Source of the DNA: Deltaproteobacteria bacterium | GTDB lineage: Bacteria; Desulfobacterota; Binatia; UBA12015 | DNA: 40,834 nucleotides | Assembly (NCBI GenBank): GCA_009885395.1 | Contig: VFKT01000027.1 | Span: 1 to 40,834 of the forward strand | Reading direction: 5' to 3' | Part shown: positions 8,954-17,069 of the stretch, one piece after another | How the letters are laid out: every line of letters starts with the position of its first letter | Numbering within the stretch: position 1 is the first letter of the stretch | Notes under the pieces: model-generated | Seen by the model: only the letters and a program-made list of their open reading frames with translations | Databases searched by the model: none | What the model was told of the DNA's origin: nothing | Program-made: the position numbers and the translations under genes

Positions 8954-9619
8954 ATGACACTGACGGTGCATTGGCTGGGTCGACTCGCCTTCGACGAGGC
9001 ACTCGACGTGCAGGAAACTGCGGCAGAGGCTGCGGCCGCGGGGCAAGAGAGCGTGCTGCTGCTCGAGCACACGGCCGTCTATACGACGGGACGCGGCGGC
9101 GACGCCGCGCATCTGCCCTCCGCGGCGATGCTCAAGGCCAGCGGGATTGCCCTGCACCGCATCGCGCGCGGCGGGGACGTCACCTACCATGGCCCGGGTC
9201 AACTCATCGGTTGGCCGATTCTCGACCTGCGCCGTCGCGGTGGCGACGCGCATGCCCTTCTGAGAACCCTCGAGGGGGCGCTCATTGGAATCCTCGCAAG
9301 CTTTGAGATTCCCGCCGGGCGACGACCGGGGTTGACCGGGGTTTGGACGATCGGCGAGAGACCAAGAAAGCTGGCCTCAATCGGGATTGCGGTGCGGCGA
9401 GGCGTCACCCGGCATGGCTTTGCCCTCAACGTGGAGCGGCGCAGCCTCGAGGGTTTCGGGGCCATCGTGGCCTGCGGCCTGAAGGGGGTGGAAATGGGCT
9501 CGCTTGAGTCCGAGCGGCCCAATCGGCTCTGGGACGTCGCAGCGGTGGCCGGTCTGGCGGGCCCGGTCCTGCAGGACTTTCTCGGAACAAAGCCCGAACC
9601 TCTTTTCGCGAGTCCCTGA
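8954..9619 (+). CDS. lipB: Octanoyltransferase (lipoyl(octanoyl) transferase)
   Basis: Motifs LLLEHTAVYTTGRGG, RGGDVTYHGPGQLIGWPILDL and KLASIGIAVRRGVTRHGFALNV are present. I trimmed track ORF 8615 to the ATG at 8954, after the lpdA stop. Confidence 0.88.
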   Translation: MTLTVHWLGRLAFDEALDVQETAAEAAAAGQESVLLLEHTAVYTTGRGGDAAHLPSAAMLKASGIALHRIARGGDVTYHGPGQLIGWPILDLRRRGGDAHALLRTLEGALIGILASFEIPAGRRPGLTGVWTIGERPRKLASIGIAVRRGVTRHGFALNVERRSLEGFGAIVACGLKGVEMGSLESERPNRLWDVAAVAGLAGPVLQDFLGTKPEPLFASP

Positions 9620-9677
9620 AAAAGTGCCTATTTGCAGGCATCAGCATTGCTTGCGGGGATGCCTTCCTCTAAGACCC

Positions 9678-9691
9678 CCCACTTAAGTGGG
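9678..9691. promoter_or_regulatory. Perfect 14-bp palindrome CCCACTTAAGTGGG, 20 nt upstream of the GST start; candidate operator
   Basis: Read directly from the sequence. It sits in the 92-nt lipB-GST spacer and is flanked by C/G runs (CCCCCCACTTAAGTGGGTCGGGG). Confidence 0.35.
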
Positions 9692-9711
9692 TCGGGGTCA
9701 GGGAGAGCTGA

Positions 9712-10347
9712 ATGCTTAAATTGTACGATTATCCGCAATGCCCTTACGGGCAGAAGACGCGGATCGTTCTCGCGGAAAAGCAACTCGATTACGAGTTTGA
9801 GCTGGTCGATCTGCGCAACAACGGCCAGCATTCCCCAGAATTCGCCATGCTGAACCCGCTGCACAAGGTTCCGGTGCTGGTCGAGGAATACGACGGCGAG
9901 ATCGAGATGGTGGTCCAGGATTCGACCATCATCAACGAGTATCTCGAGGACGAGTACCCGGAACCGGCGCTGCTGCCGAGGGCCGACGATTCGGCCGCTC
10001 GGGCGCGCATCCGCGAACTCGAGGACCACGCCGATCAGCTCTTTGTTCTCGCCGCGGGAACGCTGATCGCCGAGCATGCGAAGCCGGCGGAAACTCGCGA
10101 TCCCGAACGGCTCCGTCGTGCGAAGGAAGAAGTCGATAAAACCTTCCGTCGTCTCGAAGACGAGTTGGAGGGGGGTCGGATCTGGCTGGGGGGCGATCAG
10201 TTCACGATTGCCGACGCCGCCTTTGCACCTCGGCTGCTGCTGCTCTCCCAAAGGGGGGTCGAACTCCCCGCGAGCATGCCGCAGCTGCGTGGCTATGTGG
10301 ATCGGCTCAGCAAGCGGGAGAGCATCCGGCGTCTCGGCGCCTTCTGA
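9712..10347 (+). CDS. Glutathione S-transferase family protein (thioredoxin-fold N-domain with CPYG)
   Basis: The N-terminal region reads LYDYPQCPYGQKTRIVLAEKQLDYEF...NPLHKVPVLV...DSTIINEYLEDEYPEP and is followed by a helical C-terminal domain. Confidence 0.85.
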   Translation: MLKLYDYPQCPYGQKTRIVLAEKQLDYEFELVDLRNNGQHSPEFAMLNPLHKVPVLVEEYDGEIEMVVQDSTIINEYLEDEYPEPALLPRADDSAARARIRELEDHADQLFVLAAGTLIAEHAKPAETRDPERLRRAKEEVDKTFRRLEDELEGGRIWLGGDQFTIADAAFAPRLLLLSQRGVELPASMPQLRGYVDRLSKRESIRRLGAF

Positions 10348-10351
10348 TTCG

Positions 10352-10381
10352 GGCCTGAGGCGAGCGGAACCTCCTCAGGCC
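10352..10381. terminator. Hairpin between the convergent GST and glgC 3' ends (possible bidirectional terminator)
   Basis: GGCCTGAGG (10352-60) pairs with CCTCAGGCC (10373-81) across a 12-nt loop. An alternative pairing is GCGAGCGG/CCGCTCGC. There is no U-tract, and the hairpin overlaps the glgC stop codon. Confidence 0.35.
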
Positions 10382-11613
10382 GCTCGCCAGCCCTTCGGCA
10401 GGATCACCAAGCCGCTTTCGGTAGTCGCAAACCGTTCGCGATCGTGCGCGGGATCAAGGCCAATCATCATCCCCGCCGGAATCTGGCAGTTCTTGTCGAC
10501 GATCACCCGCCGCAGACGCGCTCCGGCGCCGATGCGCGTGCCATCGAGGACCACGCATTCCTCCACCTCGGCACCGCTCTCAATCCGTACGCTATGCCCA
10601 AGCACCGAGCCGAGGACATTGGCGCCTTCGATCAGGCAACCTTCCGAGATCAACGAGTTGGTGGCGCTGCCGCGGCGTCCGTCGATGTCGAAGACAAACT
10701 TGGCCGGCGGGGCCGAACTCGATACTGAGCGCACCGGCCATTGGGCGTTGTAGAGGTTCAGTGCCGGACTGGCATCGCAAAGGTCCATGCTCGCCGCGAA
10801 ATAGGCATCGACGGTGCCGACGTCACGCCAATATGGGGCCGAGGTGGGCGCTTCGCCGGGCAGGCGGTTGGTAGTGAAATCGTAGGCGAAGGTGCGGCCC
10901 GATTCGATCCGCTGCGGCAGCACATGCTGGCCGAAATCCTGACCGGTGACCGAGCTGCGAGAAAGTTGGGTCAAGGCTTCGAGCAGATAACTGGTCTTGA
11001 AAATGTAGTTGCCCATGGAGGCGAGCGCCCAGCCCGGACGCCCGGGAATGGTTGGTGGATCTTCCGGTTTTTCGACGAAGGCGGTGACGCGGCGTTCTTC
11101 GTCGACCGCCAAAACACCGAAACCGCCAGCTTCTTCACGCCGGACGGGAATGGTGGCGACGGTCACGTCGGCGTCCCGTTCCTCGTGGAAATCGATCATC
11201 TGACGGATATCGAGTCGGTAGATATGATCGGCGCCGAAGACGGCGACCACATCCGGAGCAAAGTTCTCGATCAGGTTCAGGTTCTGGAACACCGCGTCGG
11301 CGGTGCCCTGGTACCAGGTCTGGCCGAGGCGCATCTGGGCGGGAACGGGCGAGACGAAATGGTCCGGCAAAACCCCGCCGAATTGCCAGCCGGCAGCGAT
11401 ATGCTCGATCAACGACTGGGATTTGAACTGGACCAGCACGTAGATCGCGAAAATATCCGAGTTGACGAAATTCGAGAGTACGAAATCGATCAGCCGGTAT
11501 TTGCCGCCAAAGGGGACCGCCGGTTTGGCCCGCTCGCGGGTGAGCGGTTGCAGGCGCGTGCCTTCGCCGCCCGCAATGATCATGCCCAGAACGCGGCGTC
11601 GCCTGCTGCTCAT
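10375..11613 (-). CDS. glgC: Glucose-1-phosphate adenylyltransferase
   Basis: The N-terminal region reads [43 protein letters not shown]. The C-terminal half has left-handed beta-helix repeats. Length is 412 aa. Confidence 0.92.
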   Translation of the reverse strand: MSSRRRRVLGMIIAGGEGTRLQPLTRERAKPAVPFGGKYRLIDFVLSNFVNSDIFAIYVLVQFKSQSLIEHIAAGWQFGGVLPDHFVSPVPAQMRLGQTWYQGTADAVFQNLNLIENFAPDVVAVFGADHIYRLDIRQMIDFHEERDADVTVATIPVRREEAGGFGVLAVDEERRVTAFVEKPEDPPTIPGRPGWALASMGNYIFKTSYLLEALTQLSRSSVTGQDFGQHVLPQRIESGRTFAYDFTTNRLPGEAPTSAPYWRDVGTVDAYFAASMDLCDASPALNLYNAQWPVRSVSSSAPPAKFVFDIDGRRGSATNSLISEGCLIEGANVLGSVLGHSVRIESGAEVEECVVLDGTRIGAGARLRRVIVDKNCQIPAGMMIGLDPAHDRERFATTESGLVILPKGWRAA

Positions 11614-11706
11614 GCGGTCGGACTCTCGCCGCAGGCTTGGCCGGAGTCAACCCGCAGCGCTGGCGCGATCCTCACCTGAAGCATCGGCCGCAGCGGTCTG
11701 CCGACG

Positions 11707-12003
11707 GTGCCGAAGTGGCTATCCGCTGCTAGGCTCGCTCCAGTGGACGGAGGCGGCGACAGCCCGGATCTTGAGGCGCGTCGTCAGGCGATCGTCGACT
11801 CGTACCGGATCGTCTGCATCTGCAACAAGATTCGCCGCGGCACGATCCTGAAAGCGATCGACGCCGGCGCCACCACTCCTGCCGACGTGCGCCGCATGAC
11901 CCGGGCTGGCGGGGGACCGTGCAAGGCCGAGCGTTGCGGCCCCCGGGTCGTCGAGATGTTGCGACTGGCGCGTGTTGGGACTTGCGAGGGCGGGGGCGGG
12001 TGA
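11707..12003 (+). CDS. BFD-like [2Fe-2S]-binding domain protein (start uncertain)
   Basis: The cysteine pattern [12 protein letters not shown]...[12 protein letters not shown] is typical of bacterioferritin-associated-ferredoxin-like domains. The track start is the GTG at 11707, with an alternative GTG at 11743. Confidence 0.6.
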   Translation: MPKWLSAARLAPVDGGGDSPDLEARRQAIVDSYRIVCICNKIRRGTILKAIDAGATTPADVRRMTRAGGGPCKAERCGPRVVEMLRLARVGTCEGGGG

Positions 12004-12091
12004 TACCAAACGCTCAAGCGCCGGTGCTGCAGGCACGGCGCCAGAACCATCCCCGGCGGTGCCGGGACGAAAAACAAAAGGAGACCTCGAA

Positions 12092-12514
<423 letters not shown>

Positions 12515-12520
12515 TGGGCT

Positions 12521-12564
12521 TCCGGGCTGTGGCGAAATCAATTACGATTTCGCCACGACCCGGA
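12521..12564 (+). other. Strong intercistronic hairpin between the rubrerythrin and DUF3501 genes
   Basis: The sequence is TCCGGGctGTGGCGAAATCaattacGATTTCGCCACgaCCCGGA. It has a perfect 11-bp inner stem, a 6-nt loop and a 6-bp outer stem, with no U-tract. Confidence 0.6.
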
Positions 12565-12578
12565 AATGAGGCAACTTT

Positions 12579-13157
12579 ATGCGCCGGGTAATTCTTGACG
12601 ATATTATGGGTCCGACCCGCTACTTTGGGTTGCGCGACGAACAGCGTAGGCACATTATCGACCTCAAGCGGGTTCGACGCGTGCTGCTCGGCGATGCCGT
12701 GAGCCTGGTGTTCGAGAACTTCGATACCGTGCGCTTCCAGACCCAAGAGATGGTCTTCGTCGAACGCATCACCGATCTCGATCTGCTGCGGAAAGAAATC
12801 GAGACCTACAACGATTTGCTGCCGGACCCGGGCGAGCTCTCGGCGACGTTGCTGGTTGAAATTACCGAGCAGGAGCAAATCCGGCCCATGCTGGAATCGC
12901 TGATTGGCCTGGATGAGCATGTGCGGCTTGAGATCGACGGCGTCGCGGTGCCGGCCGTTTTCGAACCCGGACGTTCGCGCGAGGATAAGATTTCGGCGGT
13001 GCAATACCTGCGCTTCCGTCTCGATCCTCCAGTTCAGCAGGCTCTCGGGCGCCCGGGAACGCGCGTCGAGCTGATCGCCGACCACCCCAACTATCAACAC
13101 CGGGCAGCGCTCGACGAAGTACAGCGAGCCGCACTGGCCGAGGATTTCGCGGGCTGA
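12579..13157 (+). CDS. DUF3501-like protein (uncharacterised family commonly found next to rubrerythrin)
   Basis: I assign the family from remembered family resemblance (…LVFENFDTVRFQTQEMVFVERI…ISAVQYLRF…) and from the adjacency to rubrerythrin. I have not verified it by search. Confidence 0.65.
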   Translation: MRRVILDDIMGPTRYFGLRDEQRRHIIDLKRVRRVLLGDAVSLVFENFDTVRFQTQEMVFVERITDLDLLRKEIETYNDLLPDPGELSATLLVEITEQEQIRPMLESLIGLDEHVRLEIDGVAVPAVFEPGRSREDKISAVQYLRFRLDPPVQQALGRPGTRVELIADHPNYQHRAALDEVQRAALAEDFAG

Positions 13158-13169
13158 ACGGACGAGGTC

Positions 13170-13814
13170 ATGGACGAAATCCAAACTGACGAGATCCCAC
13201 TTTTTCCGCTGCCCAACGTCGTTCTTTTTCCGGGGGCACGGCTGGCACTGCGGATTTTCGAGCCGCGCTACCGCGAGATGGTGACCGATGCCCGCAGCGG
13301 CCCCGGTCTGGTTGGCATGACCGTTTTGCGCGGCGATTGGCAGCAAGATTACGAAGGTTGTCCGGAGATCTATCCGCTCGGTTGCGTCGGGCGGATCATC
13401 GATTTCGAACCACTCCCCGACGGGCGCTCCAACCTCGTCCTGCTCGGCTTGCAGCGCTTCTGTATTCGCGACGAACTTCAGGGCCGGGTCTACCGGCGGG
13501 CCAGTGTCGATTGGCTTGAAGAGCCCGGCGAAGCACCGGAGCAAAGCATGATTGATGGCCTGCGCGAAGCCGTTGAATTGCTGCTGCGCTTGAACCCCGA
13601 AAACGCGGCGGCTGATCTCTGGGCCGCGCTGCCCACCGACCCCAGGCGCATGATCGACCAATTGGCTTTCCTGCTGCCGCTCAGTCCGCTCGAGAAGTTC
13701 GCCCTGCTGGAGTGTTCGGGTGCCTCGGCCCGGGCGTCGCGCATGATTGAGATTGTCGAGTTCCGGATCGCGGAAGCGCGCGTACCGCGTGAGGGCAGGG
13801 GGCCCTGCCATTGA
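13170..13814 (+). CDS. Stand-alone Lon protease N-terminal (LON substrate-binding) domain protein
   Basis: It opens IPLFPLPNVVLFPGARLALRIFEPRYREMV and continues GCVGRIIDFEPLPDGRSNLVLLGLQRF. There is no AAA+ or protease domain. Confidence 0.8.
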   Translation: MDEIQTDEIPLFPLPNVVLFPGARLALRIFEPRYREMVTDARSGPGLVGMTVLRGDWQQDYEGCPEIYPLGCVGRIIDFEPLPDGRSNLVLLGLQRFCIRDELQGRVYRRASVDWLEEPGEAPEQSMIDGLREAVELLLRLNPENAAADLWAALPTDPRRMIDQLAFLLPLSPLEKFALLECSGASARASRMIEIVEFRIAEARVPREGRGPCH

Positions 13815-13872
13815 GTTTACTGGCCGAAAACAGCGGTTGTTCGATGGACTTTTGCCCCCACCGGAGTGCTGC

Positions 13873-14079
13873 ATGGCGGTGATCCCGACAATCCTCGCCT
13901 GGCTGGTGCTTGTCGCCGGTGTCGCCACCTTCGTCATCGGCGTGGCCGTGGGTCGCGGCGCGGCCACCGTCGAAACCTTGCTCTATTCGGGCATGGGGAC
14001 GCTGATCCTGCAGTTCTTTGCCGCCCTGGTGACGACCGTGCATGGGCGGCTCCTCGACGCGGCTCAACCGCCATCCTGA
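13873..14079 (+). CDS. Small two-TM membrane protein (hypothetical)
   Basis: It reads MAVIPTILAWLVLVAGVATFVIGVAV...LYSGMGTLILQFFAALVTTV. I trimmed track ORF 13747 to the ATG at 13873. There is no homology evidence. Confidence 0.4.
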   Translation: MAVIPTILAWLVLVAGVATFVIGVAVGRGAATVETLLYSGMGTLILQFFAALVTTVHGRLLDAAQPPS

Positions 14080-14124
14080 GCGGGAGTCATCGACGATTGT
14101 TAAACAGAGGCCATCGGAGGCCCC

Positions 14125-15306
14125 ATGAAACGCACCTGGAACCAATTGCTCGAAGAAGCGCGCGCAGCCGTGCCCGAGGTGACGATCGATGACGTCCGGG
14201 GTCGGCTGGTCGGCAACGGCGGGACGGTCCACCTGATCGATGTGCGCGAGCGCGAGGAATACCGCGAAGGCCACCTGGAGGGTGCGCTCTCGCTGCCCCG
14301 GGGTTTCCTCGAGATGCGCATCGAAGAAACGGTGGCGGACCGCAACGCTCCGATCATAGCCTATTGCCAGGGCGGCACCCGCTCATTGATCGCCGGCAAA
14401 ATCCTCCACGAAATGGGCTACGCCAACGTGGTTTCGATGATCGGCGGCTTTGGGGCCTGGAAGGGTGCGGGCTATGCCTGGGTCGCGGATCGTCAATTCA
14501 CCGCCGATCAATTGCAGCGCTACAGCCGCCATTTCCTGCTGCCGGAAGTTGGCGAAATCGGGCAAGCAAAACTGCTTGACGCGCGCGTGCTGCTGATCGG
14601 CGCTGGCGGCCTCGGCTCGCCGACCGCGTACTACCTGGCCGCAGCCGGCGTGGGCACGATCGGCATCGTCGATGATGACACGGTTGATCGCTCCAACCTG
14701 CAGCGCCAGATCCTCCACAACGAGGAACGGGTCGGTATGCCGAAAGTGGAGTCGGCTCGATTGACGCTCACCGGGCTCAATCCCGACGTCAAGGTTATTG
14801 GCTACCAGGAGCGCGTCAACTCGGAAAATATAATGCGCTTGATTGCCGACTACGATATCATCGTCGATGGATGCGATAATTTTCCCACCCGCTATCTGGT
14901 CAACGACGCCTGCGTCTTTACCGGCAAGACCAACGTGCATGGCAGCATCTTTCAGTTCGAGGGCCAGACCACGGTTTTCAAGCCCGGCGACGGGCCCTGC
15001 TACCGCTGCCTTTTCCCCGAGCCGCCGCCTCCCGGTGCCGCGCCTTCGTGCGCCGAGGCCGGCGTTCTGGGTGTGCTGCCCGGGCTGATCGGCTGTATCC
15101 AGGCGGTCGAGACTGTCAAGCAGATTCTCGGTGTGGGCCGTTCGCTGGTCGGTCGCTTGTTGCATATCGATACGCTTTCGATGGAAATCCGGCAGATGCG
15201 CCTGCGCAAGGATCCCGAGTGCCCGGTCTGCGGTGTCGCGCCGACGATTCGCGAGTTGATCGATTACGAGGAGTTCTGCGGGCTGCGCGCCGGCCACGCG
15301 GCTTGA
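14125..15306 (+). CDS. Rhodanese-ThiF/MoeB fusion (E1-like adenylyltransferase/sulfurtransferase), rhodanese at the N-terminus
   Basis: The N-terminal rhodanese domain has the active-site loop YCQGGTRS. The ThiF domain has YSRHFLLPEVGEIGQAKL, LLIGAGGLGSP and DRSNLQRQILH. Zinc-type cysteines are present (CYRC, CPVC). GGAGG lies upstream. Confidence 0.88.
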   Translation: MKRTWNQLLEEARAAVPEVTIDDVRGRLVGNGGTVHLIDVREREEYREGHLEGALSLPRGFLEMRIEETVADRNAPIIAYCQGGTRSLIAGKILHEMGYANVVSMIGGFGAWKGAGYAWVADRQFTADQLQRYSRHFLLPEVGEIGQAKLLDARVLLIGAGGLGSPTAYYLAAAGVGTIGIVDDDTVDRSNLQRQILHNEERVGMPKVESARLTLTGLNPDVKVIGYQERVNSENIMRLIADYDIIVDGCDNFPTRYLVNDACVFTGKTNVHGSIFQFEGQTTVFKPGDGPCYRCLFPEPPPPGAAPSCAEAGVLGVLPGLIGCIQAVETVKQILGVGRSLVGRLLHIDTLSMEIRQMRLRKDPECPVCGVAPTIRELIDYEEFCGLRAGHAA

Positions 15307-15331
15307 GGCTCGGGATCGCCGGGTGCTGACG

Positions 15332-15571
15332 ATGAAGATCCGGGTCCGGCTCCACGCGACGTTGCGGCCCTATCTGCCAAGCTTAACCGAGGGCAATCTG
15401 CTCGAGGTCGAGCTGCCTGCCGGCGCAACCGCCGGCGACGTGGCGCGGGCTCTTGGGATCCCCGAAGGTTTTGCCGGGGTCGCTTTTTCTGGCGGCGAGA
15501 AGCGCGAGATGCACGATGCGCTCCAGCCGGGAGAGGAACTCGATCTCTTCCCGCCGCTTGCCGGCGGCTGA
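15332..15571 (+). CDS. MoaD/ThiS-family ubiquitin-like sulfur carrier ending in Gly-Gly
   Basis: The 79-aa protein has C-terminus ...ELDLFPPLAGG directly before the stop. It lies 25 nt downstream of the E1-like gene. Confidence 0.75.
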   Translation: MKIRVRLHATLRPYLPSLTEGNLLEVELPAGATAGDVARALGIPEGFAGVAFSGGEKREMHDALQPGEELDLFPPLAGG

Positions 15572-15670
15572 ACCGGGCCGGCCAAGACGCCTGAATCGGG
15601 GCAAGCGCCTCCGAGGGAGGGGTGGCACCGAGCCCCACCTTCGAGGCCGGCTATCCCGGACGCCGAAGGG

Positions 15671-15704
15671 GAAGGGCCCCCGAAAGGGAAGGGCCCCCGA
15701 AAGG
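15671..15704. repeat. Tandem 2 x 17 nt repeat (GAAGGGCCCCCGAAAGG) followed by GGGC-A7-GCCC
   Basis: Read directly from the sequence. Each unit contains the self-complementary GGGCCC. An A7 run occupies 15710-15716 (T7 on the minus strand). Confidence 0.9.
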
Positions 15705-16178
15705 CGGGCAAAAAAAGCCCCGGGGACGTTGTCCGGCACCGATTCAATCGGTCCCGGCCCCGCTGGTGAGGCGGGGCGTCCCCGGGGGCGATGGCGCCTG
15801 GTCTTCTCCCAAGCCACCACGAAAATAGGATGTCTCGTAGTCGGGCCTAGGAGGCCGCCACCTCACAGGTCACCTGAATACATTCACTCACTTGACGATC
15901 ACCTCCCATTCCCGGCGCCGTCGGGGGTCCAGGGGGCCTCCGACCATTTTCTGCGGAACCAGTTCCGCACCATCCACCCGTCCGATGACCGCCGTTGGCA
16001 CCTTGGGGCTGGCCCGCCGACGGGCCGACACTCTGTCGGTCGCCGACTCTCGGACGCTGTGTTCGTCCGGACCTGCATGAATGGTACTGCTGTCCCGAGA
16101 CGTAGTAAAGCCCAAACCTTTTCACCCGCAGCGAAGCTGCCCGAAAATACAGATGAGCCGATTCAGGGAGATTCAGAG

Positions 16179-16961
16179 ATGGAAACCGAAGACATCTTGT
16201 TCGAGCGAAGAGGCGAAGTGGCCTGGGTCACGATCAACCGACCGCACGTCAGAAATGCCCTGCACCCGCCCTGCCACGATCGGTTGGAGGAAATCTGGAA
16301 CGAGGTTGCGGAAGACCCCGAAATCTGGCTGGCTGTGCTCACGGGCGCAGGTGATCTGGCCTTCTCGGCAGGTAACGATTTGAAATGGACCGCCGCAAAC
16401 GGCGGGCAGCTGCCTGCGATGCCAAAAGGTGGCTTCGGCGGCCTTTGTTCCCGTTTCGATCTTGTCAAACCTGTAATTGCACGGGTGAACGGACTCGCTC
16501 TCGGCGGTGGTTTTGAACTCGCTCTTGCCGCCGATCTCATCGTGGCTTCGGATACAGCCCGCTTCGGTCTGCCCGAGCCGAAGGTCGGGCTGATGGCCGC
16601 CGCCGGTGGGGCGCAGCGTCTGGTCCGGCAGTTGCCGCTCAAGCAGGCCATGGGGATGCTGCTCACAGGCGAGCCGATTTCGGCGGCGCGCGCTCTCGAA
16701 CTCGGCCTGGTCAACGAGGTCGCGCCGTCGGCAGACCTCGACGCCGCGGTTGATCGCTGGGTCGAGCGGATTCTCGCTTGTTCGCCGCTCAGCGTTCGCG
16801 CCAGCAAACAGGCGGCGATGGGCAGCCTCGATCGGCCGCTCGATCAATGCGTCTCACCGGCGCTCTACCCGGCGGTGCGCACGCTCTTTACCTCCGAGGA
16901 CAGCAAAGAGGGGCCACAGGCCTTCGCCGAAAAGCGCAAGCCTGTGTGGAAGGGACGCTAG
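16179..16961 (+). CDS. Enoyl-CoA hydratase/isomerase (crotonase) family protein
   Basis: Motifs VAWVTINRPHVRNAL, LTGAGDLAFSAGNDLK, GLALGGGFELALAADLIVAS and EGPQAFAEKRKPVWKGR are present. I trimmed track ORF 15453 to the ATG at 16179. Confidence 0.85.
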   Translation: METEDILFERRGEVAWVTINRPHVRNALHPPCHDRLEEIWNEVAEDPEIWLAVLTGAGDLAFSAGNDLKWTAANGGQLPAMPKGGFGGLCSRFDLVKPVIARVNGLALGGGFELALAADLIVASDTARFGLPEPKVGLMAAAGGAQRLVRQLPLKQAMGMLLTGEPISAARALELGLVNEVAPSADLDAAVDRWVERILACSPLSVRASKQAAMGSLDRPLDQCVSPALYPAVRTLFTSEDSKEGPQAFAEKRKPVWKGR

Positions 16962-17069
16962 CCCGATCGAAACGGGCGCGATGTTCCGCGCCAGCCGGTC
17001 GACGATTTTCTGCGACACGTTTACGTCTGCTAGAAAGTTCAGGCAGCTGACGGAAGCTCTACGAAGCGC

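Noticed and set aside
8933-8956. An AT-rich island (tttatagtattgattttaatatg) between lpdA and lipB with -10-like hexamers (TATAGT, TAATAT).
   Set aside because: The spacing does not fit a -35/-10 pair. The stretch is short and may simply be the weak translation-initiation region of lipB. I cannot support a promoter call from sequence alone.
15655-15725. A glycine-riboswitch-like string (ACGCCGAAGGGGAA ... GGCGGGCAAAAAAAGCC) on the plus strand.
   Set aside because: It resembles the CGCCGAAGGAGCAA / CAGGCAAAAGGAC cores only partially. I could not find the GGAGAG/CUCUC P1 pairing or a second aptamer. The nearest downstream plus-strand gene is a crotonase 450 nt away, not a glycine-cleavage or transport gene.
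15800-15835. A possible tmRNA/tRNA-like 3' end (…CCAAGCCACCA) on the plus strand, and a T-loop-like ACCGATTGAATCGGT on the minus strand.
   Set aside because: There is no matching 5' acceptor strand, no G3-U70 pair, no GGTTCGAnTCC T-arm and no tag reading frame. I also found no RNase P P4 motifs (GGAAAGTCC / ACAGAACCCGGC) on either strand.
16040-16078. An SRP RNA helix-8-like string on the minus strand (CAGGTCCGGACGAACACAGCG versus the E. coli 4.5S sequence CAGGUCCGGAAGGAAGCAGCC).
   Set aside because: It shows 16/21 identity, but the GNRA tetraloop closing pairs and the symmetric-loop pairing are not maintained. The local fold is instead a simple CGGACG/CGTCCG hairpin.
15888-16115. A 75-codon minus-strand ORF inside the long gap (…VPTAVIGRVDGAELVPQKMVGGPLDPRRRREWEVIVK) with fairly high third-position GC.
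   Set aside because: It has a TTG start without a convincing SD sequence, a charged low-complexity N-terminal half and no recognisable family. I keep it only as something to test within the non-coding-gap finding.
15453-16178. The N-terminal 242 codons of the 502-aa track ORF, which would fuse the long gap to the crotonase.
   Set aside because: This segment translates to R/G/P-rich sequence, overlaps the MoaD gene in another frame and adds nothing to a crotonase that is complete from the ATG at 16179. Spurious 5' extensions were trimmed in the same way for track ORFs 5100, 8615, 11972, 21773, 24138, 25325, 26221, 29339, 17727-18590 (-), 18830-19918 (-) and 3923-5149 (-).
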